From: Candidatus Hodarchaeota archaeon
GTDB lineage: Archaea > Asgardarchaeota > Lokiarchaeia > Sigyniarchaeales > SOKP01
Length of the DNA stretch: 64,000 bases
Assembly: GCA_048886685.1 (NCBI GenBank)
Contig: JBHLKM010000004.1
Coordinates: 18,486-82,485 of the forward strand
Reading direction: 5' to 3'
Shown here: piece after piece, positions 30,548 through 40,236 of the stretch
How the letters are laid out: every line of letters starts with the position of its first letter
Numbering within the stretch: the first letter of the stretch is position 1
Program-made: the position numbers and the translations under genes
The notes under the pieces: generated by a model
What the model saw: only the letters and a program-made list of their open reading frames with translations
Databases searched by the model: none
Told to the model about the DNA's origin: nothing

Positions 30548-31279
30548 TTATTCTTCCTCCTTTTTTTCACTCCATCTTAAAGTTTTTAATCTCTTTAAAA
30601 GGGGTTCCCAGAACATTTCACTGAATTCTCCTGAAGTCTTTACATCAGTAATTTTCAGTTTTACTGCTCCTGTAGGACACCCATTATCGCAGGAGCCACA
30701 AAAGATACATTTTTCTTCGTCTACAACTACATTCGGGACTGTTTCCCAGCCTTTATCCGATTTTTCTGGAAGCGAAATTGCGAAAGATGGACAAACTTCA
30801 TAACAAGTTTGACATCCACCTGGACATTCTTCATCAACAATACTTATTTCTCCATCAGAATATTGTTTAGCGACTCTTTCAATCCCATTATAACTTGTAA
30901 CCTTCTTGGCTTCAAATTCTAGTTTAGGGACTACATTTTGAGCTACTATAGGAATATCATCAAGTTCTATAGTTTCTCCATCTTTTTTAAGAGTCAAAGC
31001 TGAAAAAGGACACATAATCACACAAGTTCCGCAAAAAACACATTTTTCGGGATCATAGACTTCTGGTATAATATCTTCCAGAGTTGGGAAACGACGGGAT
31101 GAACCAACGGGTCCTCGTGAAATAGCATCTTTAGGGCATACACGAGAACAGGTTCCGCACCCTACACATTTGGTTCTATCCAAAATTAATTCTAAACTTT
31201 CGATAAGAAATTGAACTTTAACATGTTCTACTTCTTTACTAATTGATCTTGAAATTTTAGGAAATGAAATTTTTTCCAC
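30548..31279 (-). CDS. Polyferredoxin (FwdF-like, four [4Fe-4S] motifs)
   Basis: Four CxxCxxCxxxCP-type motifs; located in the fwd operon. Confidence 0.8.
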   Translation of the reverse strand: MEKISFPKISRSISKEVEHVKVQFLIESLELILDRTKCVGCGTCSRVCPKDAISRGPVGSSRRFPTLEDIIPEVYDPEKCVFCGTCVIMCPFSALTLKKDGETIELDDIPIVAQNVVPKLEFEAKKVTSYNGIERVAKQYSDGEISIVDEECPGGCQTCYEVCPSFAISLPEKSDKGWETVPNVVVDEEKCIFCGSCDNGCPTGAVKLKITDVKTSGEFSEMFWEPLLKRLKTLRWSEKKEEE

Positions 31280-31280
31280 C

Positions 31281-31541
31281 TCATTTTACTTCTACTAATT
31301 TAACTTCGATTGCAGAAACAGGACAGAATTTCACACATACTCCACAACCGTCACAATTTGGACTATTTCGATTTTCAACAAAGATATCATAAGCCGTTCC
31401 GTTTTTAACTAATACTACTGCATTTTCTTTAGTTAAATAACCCTTGTCTTTTAATTGTTGAAAATTAATTGGACAACTAACCACACAATCATTGCATCCA
31501 ATACATATGTTTCTGTTTATTTTTAACCGATATACTTGCAT
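31281..31541 (-). CDS. 2[4Fe-4S] ferredoxin (FwdG/H-like)
   Basis: CIGCNDCVVSCP and CDGCGVCVKFCP. Confidence 0.85.
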   Translation of the reverse strand: MQVYRLKINRNICIGCNDCVVSCPINFQQLKDKGYLTKENAVVLVKNGTAYDIFVENRNSPNCDGCGVCVKFCPVSAIEVKLVEVK

Positions 31542-31823
31542 ATTTTTATCTCATAATTAATTGGAATGAAATGTAATACATACAAAAGCGTAAAAGATTA
31601 ACTGATTTTTAAAGTTTGAAAAATCCTTCAAAATATATTAAACTTAATTTGTAGAAAGTATATTTTTATAAAAAATTTGTTGTATGGTTTATTAAGTTAA
31701 TATAATAAAAAGAACATAAATTAAAGATCGTAGTTTTGCTATTCCTTAAACTTATTAATTTTCACACAAATCTAATATTAATTAAATCTTATTTAATTGT
31801 GACCAATATATTTATCTAATAAC

Positions 31824-32966
31824 ATGGAATCTACAAAAAGTGAAGATTGCCTTATTTTTTACGCTTTAACTCCCGAGATTACTAAATTACGCCAAGTTTA
31901 TAATATAATAGGAGAATTTATGCAGAACAAGCAGTCTATTGATCCATCTGATAGATTTAATCTGATTTGGTTCCAAGATGATGGGCCAAATTATTTGGAT
32001 CATTTTACTTTTGATCCAGAATATATTTTAAAGACTTTAAAGTCATTAGGTAAAAAAATTACAAAAGCAAATATCGCAGGTGGGGTTTTTATCGCAATAA
32101 CTTTTATCATTGAAGTATTTAAGAAGATTTCTGAAAAGTTTTTTCGATTATTGATATTGGTTGACGATGGTGCTTACGAAATCCCTGATGAATATCTCCC
32201 AGCACTCGAAGAACTAATTAAAAAAGTCAAGGATATGCCCTTCTTTATTGATATTATCTTGATGGGAAGTCCCTATTCTGATCAAGCACAAAAATTATTG
32301 AAACTCGCAAATCTATCAAATGGAGACCTTTATGGAATCAAAAATATAAAGGATTTAAATCCAATCTTAACTGAATTATCAGAAAAAAAACGTGTTTCAG
32401 AGCCTTCATTTGTGAAACAACAATTGAGAATGATTCTACCCGATAACCAGCTATTTTACATAAATTTAGCTGATGACCCTGTTAGGGTGAATGAAATAGC
32501 AACATGTTCCATTTGTTTTCATAAAGATGATGAGGGTATAGTAAAGTGTCCCTCCTGTGATACTCCTGCCCACGATGTGTGTTGGGCACAATGGGCAGAT
32601 ACTTCTAATATCGGCATTCTACATGTCTTTAGATGCCATAATTGTTTCAACATACTGAAACTTGATAAAAATTATATAATGGATGTACAAGCAGGAAGAA
32701 TACCTACTATTGCTGAATTGATTAAAATGAAGAAAAGGAATATTATTGAATACTTGCATGAAATTGAATCGAAAAGTGAACCTAAAGTCATTCATACCGA
32801 AGATCCGATGGCTGTTGAAATACGAGCAATGGTAGAAGCAAGAAAGTTGCAACCTGAAGTTAAAAAGAGACGCAAAAAAGTTGCAGTAAATATTTGCCCT
32901 AATTGTAGCAAAATTATGATGGGGGATAGAAAAAACTGTCCTTCTTGTGGATTTGTCTTGTTTTAA
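31824..32966 (+). CDS. vWA domain + RING/PHD-like zinc finger + zinc ribbon protein
   Basis: DRFNLIWF, RLLILVDDG, LANLSNG (vWA); CSIC..CPSC..HDVC..CHNC; CPNC..CPSC. Confidence 0.7.
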   Translation: MESTKSEDCLIFYALTPEITKLRQVYNIIGEFMQNKQSIDPSDRFNLIWFQDDGPNYLDHFTFDPEYILKTLKSLGKKITKANIAGGVFIAITFIIEVFKKISEKFFRLLILVDDGAYEIPDEYLPALEELIKKVKDMPFFIDIILMGSPYSDQAQKLLKLANLSNGDLYGIKNIKDLNPILTELSEKKRVSEPSFVKQQLRMILPDNQLFYINLADDPVRVNEIATCSICFHKDDEGIVKCPSCDTPAHDVCWAQWADTSNIGILHVFRCHNCFNILKLDKNYIMDVQAGRIPTIAELIKMKKRNIIEYLHEIESKSEPKVIHTEDPMAVEIRAMVEARKLQPEVKKRRKKVAVNICPNCSKIMMGDRKNCPSCGFVLF

Positions 32967-33115
32967 AAATTAAAATCTTCAGTATAAACTTACAGCTACC
33001 TCAAAAGTTAGGTATTGAGATTTTATAAACCATATATTTAAATAATTTAGGGCTAAAACTATTAATAAGTTGATATAATAGAGTTTTTTAGATTGATAAT
33101 AAGTAAGGGAAAAAA

Positions 33116-34774
33116 ATGGATTCAAATATATTCACATTTCTTGTTGGCGGCAAAGCTGGTGAAGGGGTAAAGAAGGCTGGTTCTGTTGCTGCTCATATTT
33201 TTTCAAGCATGGGTCGTCATGTGTTCCAAATGGATGATTATATGAGTTTGATACGTGGTGGTCACAATTTCTCGGTTGTGAGTACTTCTCCTAGATGGAT
33301 TAGTAGCCATTATATGAAAGCGAATTTAGTAGTAAATTTTGATAAAAGAAGCTGTGAAATGCATGTGAATGATATCGCTGAAAATGGGGTTATAATTTAT
33401 AATTCTGATGAGCAAGAGCTTAAGAATGGTATTGGAATACCACTAACGTCAAAAGCAGAAAAATATCCGATGAAACCTTTAATGTATGGTGTTGGAGCTG
33501 TTGCCATATTATCCGCAACGATTGGTTTCGAAAAAGATCAAATGAACCAAATTATCAGTAGTGAATATCCTAGAGGAATAGAGGATAATATTAATTTTGC
33601 AAATTCCATTTATGATTTAGTAGTTCCTGATTGTGGAGCAAAATTCCCTTTAGAAAAAGGAGATAGGAAAAGATCAATCATTACAGGAAATGAAGCAATA
33701 AGCCTAGGAGCTATAGCTGGAGGTTTAGACGTGTATTATGGCTATCCCATGACTCCCGCATCGACAATCTTGCACACACTCGCTCGTGAAGCTGAGAATT
33801 TTGATTTAGCTGTTGTCCACGCTGAAAGTGAAATAGCAGTAATTAATATGGCAATCGGTTCATCTTTCACAGGAGCAAGAGCTATGGTTGGCACAAGTGG
33901 AGGAGGTTTTGCTCTTATGACCGAAGGTTTCTCTTTAGCAGGTATAACAGAAGCACCTGTTTTAGTTATATTATCTCAAAGACCAGGTCCAGCGACAGGT
34001 GTTCCCACTTACACAGAACAAGCTGATTTAGCTTTTGCTTTAACTGCGGGTCATGGAGATTTCTTAAGAATAGTTGCTTCCCCTAGAACAATTCGAGAGG
34101 CATATTATCTTACTGCTGAAATGTTAGGTCTAGTATGGAAGTTTCAAACACCAGGGATATTACTAACAGAAAAACACCTTTCAGAGAGTAGTATGACAGT
34201 TGAAATTGATTTAGAAAAATCAAAATGGGCAGAGCCAAAAATGCATAAGAACGGTGATTATAAGCGATATCTCGATACTAATGATGGAATTTCTCCTATG
34301 TTATTTCCTCCTTCAAAATCGATAATAAAATGGAATAGTTATGAACATGATGAATTTGGTATAACAACAGAAAATGCTGAGAAGATATCTTTTATGCATG
34401 ATAAAAGAAATAAGAAGTTAAAAACACTTATAGAATACCTAAAGGGACAAGAAACTGTTAAAATAATTCGTGGTGAAAATCCTACTAATATTTTCACGTA
34501 TGGATCAACTTATATGAGTGTTTTAGAAGCTCTTAGATATGGACATTTAAATCCTACAACTGTTGCACCAATATATTTGAGTCCATTACCCACATGGGAG
34601 CTCGAAGAATTTAAAAATCAAGATAATTTAGTAATTGAACAAAGTTCTACAGGACAATTTACTAAACTTTTGAAAGAAAAGGCGGGATTAAAGATAAGAA
34701 ACACAATTAAACAATATGATGGACGTCCATTTGATCCAATTGAGTTATCAAACAAAATTAAGGAGGTGCTCTAA
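33116..34774 (+). CDS. 2-oxoacid:ferredoxin oxidoreductase alpha subunit (gamma-alpha fusion)
   Basis: GGKAGEG, SLIRGGHN, YPMTPAS, ESEIA, GTSGGGFALM, QRPGPATG. Confidence 0.92.
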   Translation: MDSNIFTFLVGGKAGEGVKKAGSVAAHIFSSMGRHVFQMDDYMSLIRGGHNFSVVSTSPRWISSHYMKANLVVNFDKRSCEMHVNDIAENGVIIYNSDEQELKNGIGIPLTSKAEKYPMKPLMYGVGAVAILSATIGFEKDQMNQIISSEYPRGIEDNINFANSIYDLVVPDCGAKFPLEKGDRKRSIITGNEAISLGAIAGGLDVYYGYPMTPASTILHTLAREAENFDLAVVHAESEIAVINMAIGSSFTGARAMVGTSGGGFALMTEGFSLAGITEAPVLVILSQRPGPATGVPTYTEQADLAFALTAGHGDFLRIVASPRTIREAYYLTAEMLGLVWKFQTPGILLTEKHLSESSMTVEIDLEKSKWAEPKMHKNGDYKRYLDTNDGISPMLFPPSKSIIKWNSYEHDEFGITTENAEKISFMHDKRNKKLKTLIEYLKGQETVKIIRGENPTNIFTYGSTYMSVLEALRYGHLNPTTVAPIYLSPLPTWELEEFKNQDNLVIEQSSTGQFTKLLKEKAGLKIRNTIKQYDGRPFDPIELSNKIKEVL

Positions 34775-34778
34775 TAAA

Positions 34779-35618
34779 ATGGAAGACCTTAAAACTTATG
34801 CTGAAATTACTTGGTGTCCTGGCTGTGGAAATTTTGGGATCTTTACAGCTGTAAGAAATGCAATCCCTCTTTTAGAGGAAAAAGGTATCAAAAGAGATAA
34901 TATTGTAATAACGTCGGGTATAGGCTGTCATGCAAAAATATTTGATTATCTTAATTTAAGCGGTTTTTATGGATTACATGGGCGTAATTGTTCAAATTCT
35001 GAAGGTATAAAAATTGCGAATCCGGATTTGAAAGTAATTAACTTTTCAGGGGACGCTAATGGATTGGCAGAAGGATTAGCACATACTATATTTGCAGCAA
35101 AAAGAAATCAAGATATAACATTTATTTTACATAATAACAGTGTTTATGCTCTCACAACAGGTCAATTCTCTCCATTGGCAGAAAAAGGATGGAGAGGACC
35201 CTCCACTCCAAGGGGAAGCTACGAGGAACCATTTAATCCAATGTCTTTAATGATTGAAGCAGGAGCCACTTTCGTAGCAAGAGGTTTTGCTGGTGATACA
35301 AAGCATCTCACAGATCTCATAGTACAAGGTGTAGAACACGAAGGATTCGCTTTCATAGAAGTCTTACAACCTGCCGTTCCTTACCATAAGTGGGAAGAAT
35401 ATAGAGAGCATGTTGAATATCTTGAAAAAGAACCAGAGAATTATTTTGAAGCCATTAAGGTAACTAAAGAAAATCATAAGTTTACAATAGGAATATTTTA
35501 TAGAACAACAAGACCAGTTTATCATAAAGAGTTATATGGAAATCATAACCCTATTACTAAAAAATTATCACGGGATACACGAATTGAAAAAATTCGAAAA
35601 ATTCTTGAATCTGAATAA
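34779..35618 (+). CDS. 2-oxoacid:ferredoxin oxidoreductase beta subunit
   Basis: TWCPGCGNFG, SGIGC, LHGR, GDAN..HNN TPP motif; probable start 34779 after AGGAGGTG Shine-Dalgarno (34761-34768). Confidence 0.92.
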   Translation: MEDLKTYAEITWCPGCGNFGIFTAVRNAIPLLEEKGIKRDNIVITSGIGCHAKIFDYLNLSGFYGLHGRNCSNSEGIKIANPDLKVINFSGDANGLAEGLAHTIFAAKRNQDITFILHNNSVYALTTGQFSPLAEKGWRGPSTPRGSYEEPFNPMSLMIEAGATFVARGFAGDTKHLTDLIVQGVEHEGFAFIEVLQPAVPYHKWEEYREHVEYLEKEPENYFEAIKVTKENHKFTIGIFYRTTRPVYHKELYGNHNPITKKLSRDTRIEKIRKILESE

Positions 35619-35696
35619 TGATGATTTATTCATAACTTAATTAAGACTATTAAATAAATTCAGGAATTAGAAAATTATATTTTTTTAAAAAATATT

Positions 35697-37061
35697 TTAT
35701 AGATTAATTCGACCTATTGCTCTAAATGGCAAGGATTCATTAAATGTATTATAATCATATAATCTCCTCCCATCTACTAAATTCGGAGTTTTCATATGTT
35801 TCTTAAAATCATCTGGAGTCAGAATTTTAAATTCATCCCATTGTGTTATTAATAAGGCGCACTCAGAATCTTTAAGAGCATGTTCTATAGAATTAGCATA
35901 TTGAATTTTATTTCCTAATTCTACTTCAGCAGTTTCAAGTGCTTTTGGATCATAACCAACAATATTAGAAACTCCTCTTTTTCTTAATTCATTTACAACC
36001 CTTATACTAGCTGCTTCTCTCATATCATCAGTTCCAGGTTTAAAGGATAGTCCTAATAATGTTATCTTCTTCTTTGCCAAGCTTCCTGCTAATTCCTCAG
36101 CTATATCTACTATATGAATTGCTTGGTCGTCATTAATGTCTAAAACTGCTTCCAATAACCTTGATTGATATCCTTTGGATTTTGACCAAGCTTTTATAGC
36201 ATTAACGTCCTTATGAAAACATGAACCCCCAAAACCAACTCCAGCACCTAAAAATCTAGGATTCAATCGATAATCTAGTCCTACTCCTTTCATAACCTGA
36301 ACAATGTCGACATTAGGTACTAATTCAGCAAAGTTAGCAAACTCATTTGCATAACTTATCTTTGTAGATAATAAGCAATTATTTCCATACTTAACTAATT
36401 CAGCGCTTTCTAAGTTCATTCTCAAAATAGGACACTCTTTTAAATGTTCACCATAAAAATATTCATAAAATTCTTGAAGCATAGCGCCGCTCTTTTCGTC
36501 AAATTCTCCAATTACAATCCTATCTGGATGTAAGGTGTCTTCAATTGAGCGTCCTTCAGCTAAAAATTCAGGTTGCATACATAATCCGTAATCTTTCCCT
36601 GGTTCTTTTCCAGAAACATCCTTAATGATTTTACCAACTAAATTTCTTGTTGTACCAGGAACGACTGTGGATCTAACCACAACCAAATGATATTTGTCCT
36701 TTTTTTTTAATGCTTCTCCAATTTCTCTTGCTGTACTTTCAATATAACTTAAATCAATACTTTTATCTTCTCTCATTGGAGTTCCTTGAGTTATCATAGA
36801 AATATCAGTTTCAAGCACAGCCTTTACTGGATCGATTATACATTGCAAGAGCTCTGGATGTTCATTCTTAATATTATCCATCATTTCTTGGAGTCCTGCT
36901 TCAAAAAATGGAGCAATTCCCTCATTAATCATATTGGCTTTTTTCTCATTATGAGTAGATGCTAAAACCTTAATATCTTTTTCAGCAAAGCAAGCTGCTG
37001 AACACAAGCCAATAAATCCAGTGCCTAATATAGAGACTCTATATTTATATATTTTGAACAC
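35697..37061 (-). CDS. UDP-glucose/GDP-mannose dehydrogenase
   Basis: GTGFIG, RSTVVPGT, PEFLAEG, GFGGSCFHKD, FKPGTDDMRE. Confidence 0.93.
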   Translation of the reverse strand: MFKIYKYRVSILGTGFIGLCSAACFAEKDIKVLASTHNEKKANMINEGIAPFFEAGLQEMMDNIKNEHPELLQCIIDPVKAVLETDISMITQGTPMREDKSIDLSYIESTAREIGEALKKKDKYHLVVVRSTVVPGTTRNLVGKIIKDVSGKEPGKDYGLCMQPEFLAEGRSIEDTLHPDRIVIGEFDEKSGAMLQEFYEYFYGEHLKECPILRMNLESAELVKYGNNCLLSTKISYANEFANFAELVPNVDIVQVMKGVGLDYRLNPRFLGAGVGFGGSCFHKDVNAIKAWSKSKGYQSRLLEAVLDINDDQAIHIVDIAEELAGSLAKKKITLLGLSFKPGTDDMREAASIRVVNELRKRGVSNIVGYDPKALETAEVELGNKIQYANSIEHALKDSECALLITQWDEFKILTPDDFKKHMKTPNLVDGRRLYDYNTFNESLPFRAIGRINL

Positions 37062-37258
37062 CTTGTCTATTTCTATTTCTACCTTATAAAATCACGTAAT
37101 TTTTTATAATTTTTTGGTAATTTAGAAATAAATTTATAATATAATGAATCTTGTATTAAATTTATGGTCTATTCCAATAAAGTTTGGAAGTGTGGGAAAC
37201 CTATGGGTGTAGTGAGAAAGGTTTTCTATAAAAAAATAATATTAGGTAGATAATTATA

Positions 37259-38545
37259 ATGAAAGATTTGAGAAAAAAGTTAGAAATCCCAAAAGATGCT
37301 TTAAAATCTGTGAATGATTTTTTACTTGATCAGAATAATCCTTTAATTAACAATTTATTGACTGTATTAGATAAATATGGTGGTATTGAAGAAATTAATA
37401 AAAAAGCACGAGAAGCTAGTAAATTAGATAACTTAATCAATAAATTAGCTAAGAAGAATTCTGATCATGTTAAGGATATTGAGTGGCTTATAAAGGCTCG
37501 AGATGACCATTCTTTTATTAATATTAAAGAATATAGAAAAAAAATCTTAGGAGAAAAAGCTTTAGAAATGAAATTCAATGACGATTATGCTGTTACTTTA
37601 GAATTATCAGCTTGTCAATATTTTCCCTTTTTGATTGATATCGCAAAAAATGCAATAGAAAACCAGAAACTAGTTCCAGGAAGAATTATTCGAGTAAGAA
37701 GAATGAAGGAGCAAGAAGAAGATGGAGATTTATTAGCAATGACTGCCGCTATGCAAATTATTGGGTCAACCTGGGTAGAAACGCTCGATACGAAAGGCAC
37801 GGCTCCAGGTCCAGATGGAATGCCTGTGAATGTGCATCTAGGAGGCCCGGATACGATTACTGGATATTTTGGAGGAGTTGGACAGCCTAATGATTTTGCC
37901 TTAAAGTGGATTGATGAATATCTTTATTATTATACTAATTATGGTATAAAGCAAGTACTTAATGTTAATCCTGGAACTGTTCTTTTAGGTTATTTTATTT
38001 ATAAACTAGGGATTAATAATGAATTTAAAATTAGTGTATACATGGGGAATGACAATCCTTATTCTTGTTTATGGACACTCCTAACTGCTAAATTATTTGC
38101 TCGAGAAGATGGAAGTAGCCCTTTAATTGGATTTAATTTATCAAATGCAGTAAATAATGAAACTATAGAGATGGCTGCATATATTCGAAAACCATTTGGT
38201 TTTGAAGATGTTATTAGATTAGAGCATCATATAACAGAGACTTGGAAGAGTATAGTAAGACAACCCTATGACCGAAGAGATGAATTGTTAGAGTTAGCAA
38301 AAAAGGTAAAAAATATAAGTGCTAAACATGAAGGTGGAAACGTAGAAGTCGATGGGAAAAGAGAACATCCTACAGATATTCTTGAATACTTTATGCCTAA
38401 AGAAGAATTAAAACAAGCAGGTTTGTGGGATTATTTAAGAATTAATCATTTAGATCGATATGAAGCAGTAAATTCAACCGCAGAAACTCTTACTAAAAAT
38501 GGATTATCATTTATTGCTGCAAATGAATTACATCACTATGAATAA
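37259..38545 (+). CDS. Enzyme-like hypothetical protein, likely co-transcribed with the aldolase-Fae gene
   Basis: 428-aa ORF; Gly/His/Glu-rich motifs (VHLGGPDTITGYFGG, LEHHITE, AKHEGG); 20-bp gap to the next gene. Confidence 0.75.
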   Translation: MKDLRKKLEIPKDALKSVNDFLLDQNNPLINNLLTVLDKYGGIEEINKKAREASKLDNLINKLAKKNSDHVKDIEWLIKARDDHSFINIKEYRKKILGEKALEMKFNDDYAVTLELSACQYFPFLIDIAKNAIENQKLVPGRIIRVRRMKEQEEDGDLLAMTAAMQIIGSTWVETLDTKGTAPGPDGMPVNVHLGGPDTITGYFGGVGQPNDFALKWIDEYLYYYTNYGIKQVLNVNPGTVLLGYFIYKLGINNEFKISVYMGNDNPYSCLWTLLTAKLFAREDGSSPLIGFNLSNAVNNETIEMAAYIRKPFGFEDVIRLEHHITETWKSIVRQPYDRRDELLELAKKVKNISAKHEGGNVEVDGKREHPTDILEYFMPKEELKQAGLWDYLRINHLDRYEAVNSTAETLTKNGLSFIAANELHHYE

Positions 38546-38565
38546 AATATTGAGGTAAAAATATC

Positions 38566-40056
38566 ATGGGTAAATTTAATTTTAGACCTACTGGGGTAAT
38601 GCCTGCATTAGTTACACCATTTAATAAAACTGATGAGTCCATTAATGAGGAAAATTTGAGAAATTTAGTAAATCATCTTATTGAACAAGGAGTCACAGGT
38701 CTTGTACCCGTTGGAACTACTGGTGAATTTGTGAATATGAATTTTGAGGAACGTCTGAAAGTAATAGAAATTGTAGTTGATGAAACGAATGGCCGAGTTC
38801 CAGTTATTGCGGGAACAGGAGAAACAGGGACTAAATTAGTAATAGAAGCTACTAAAGCGGCAACTGATATTGGTGCAGATGCTGTATTAATTGTAACACC
38901 CTATTACTTAAAGCCCAAGGCAAAAGGTTTATACGATCATTATTATACTATTACAGAAAAAACGGATATTCCTATTGTTTTATATAACATTCCTGCTTGT
39001 ACTGGAGTGGAATTGCCATGGACGGTTGTAGAAGATTTAGTTGATATCGAGAATTTCGTAGCGATAAAAGATTCGAGTGGAGATTACAAATATTTTTCGG
39101 CATTATTAGAAAAAGTAAGTGATAAGATCTCAGTTTTGATTGGATGGGATGAAAATGTATTGGGGGCTTTAGCAGGAGGTGCTGCAGGCTGCATTCTAGG
39201 CTCTGCAAATGTATTTCCAAAAATATGGCTTGAAATATATGAACATGTGAAAAATAATCGTTTAGAAGAGGCACAGATACTACAGAAAAAAGTACAAAAA
39301 TTAGCAAGACTATTAATAAATTCTGGAGCATTAGGAGTAAAATCATGTTTGAATATGATGAAAATTCCAGTAGGGACTACACGTCAACCATTAGTACTTG
39401 GTGACGCGCTCTCTTATGAGATTAAAGATGAATTACGCGTAGAACTTGAAAAATTAGGATTAATTAAAAAAACAGAAATCCAATTTGAATTTGGAGAAAA
39501 GCCACTTACAAGTCGTTTTTACGCAGTTGGTATTACTCCTCAGAAAATCACTGATTTTGAACTAAAAGTAGGGGAATCTCTTGTAGGGGATCGTGCAGAA
39601 CTTGCTCATATCGATCTCCTAATTGGCCGAAAAAATGGACCTGTTGGTAATGCATATGCTCAAGCTTTAACAAATCCAGAAGAAGGACGTGAAGGGCTTC
39701 AGGTCATTCTAGAACCAAATATGCAAGTTAAACCACCAACAATTATGATTCCCACTGTACGTCCAACTTCTCTTCGTCATGCTAGCCTTACTTATGGTCC
39801 TGCCCAAGCGGCTATTGCTAAAGCTGTTATGCAATGTGTTGAAGATGGAATTCTCCCAAAAGAATTAGCTAATGATATAGTTCTAATTGTAAATGTTTTT
39901 GTTCATCCTAGTGCTAGTGCAAGAAAAAGAATTTTTATCAATAATTATAAGGCAACTCGAAATGCAATCCGAAAAGCAATGGAAGGCTTACCAACAGTAA
40001 ATGATGGAATAAAGAACGCAGAAAATGCACGGCATCCTTTTAGGAATGATCCTTAA
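38566..40056 (+). CDS. DapA/NAL-family class I aldolase fused to formaldehyde-activating enzyme (Fae)
   Basis: aa 1-300: ALVTPF, GTTGE, YNIP, IKDSSG Schiff-base Lys; aa about 331-496: VGESLVG, HIDLLIG, VKPPT, GPAQAAIAKAV, NYKAT, HPF. Confidence 0.9.
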   Translation: MGKFNFRPTGVMPALVTPFNKTDESINEENLRNLVNHLIEQGVTGLVPVGTTGEFVNMNFEERLKVIEIVVDETNGRVPVIAGTGETGTKLVIEATKAATDIGADAVLIVTPYYLKPKAKGLYDHYYTITEKTDIPIVLYNIPACTGVELPWTVVEDLVDIENFVAIKDSSGDYKYFSALLEKVSDKISVLIGWDENVLGALAGGAAGCILGSANVFPKIWLEIYEHVKNNRLEEAQILQKKVQKLARLLINSGALGVKSCLNMMKIPVGTTRQPLVLGDALSYEIKDELRVELEKLGLIKKTEIQFEFGEKPLTSRFYAVGITPQKITDFELKVGESLVGDRAELAHIDLLIGRKNGPVGNAYAQALTNPEEGREGLQVILEPNMQVKPPTIMIPTVRPTSLRHASLTYGPAQAAIAKAVMQCVEDGILPKELANDIVLIVNVFVHPSASARKRIFINNYKATRNAIRKAMEGLPTVNDGIKNAENARHPFRNDP

Positions 40057-40236
40057 ATCTTACTTTTATTATATTTATAAAATATTAATTGAAATCATGT
40101 AGGTATTTTATTTTTTAAACTCAAATTCCATAAATTTAATACTTCATAACGCTAATATTGATAATTTTAAGAAATAGATTTTAATTAATAATATAATTTA
40201 ATCCAAAATTTAGAAAAAAAACAAAATGAATGAAAC

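Noticed and set aside
34716-34778. N-terminal extension of the oxidoreductase beta subunit in the ORF track
   Set aside because: It overlaps the alpha gene; ATG 34779 has a strong Shine-Dalgarno and precedes the conserved TWCPGCG
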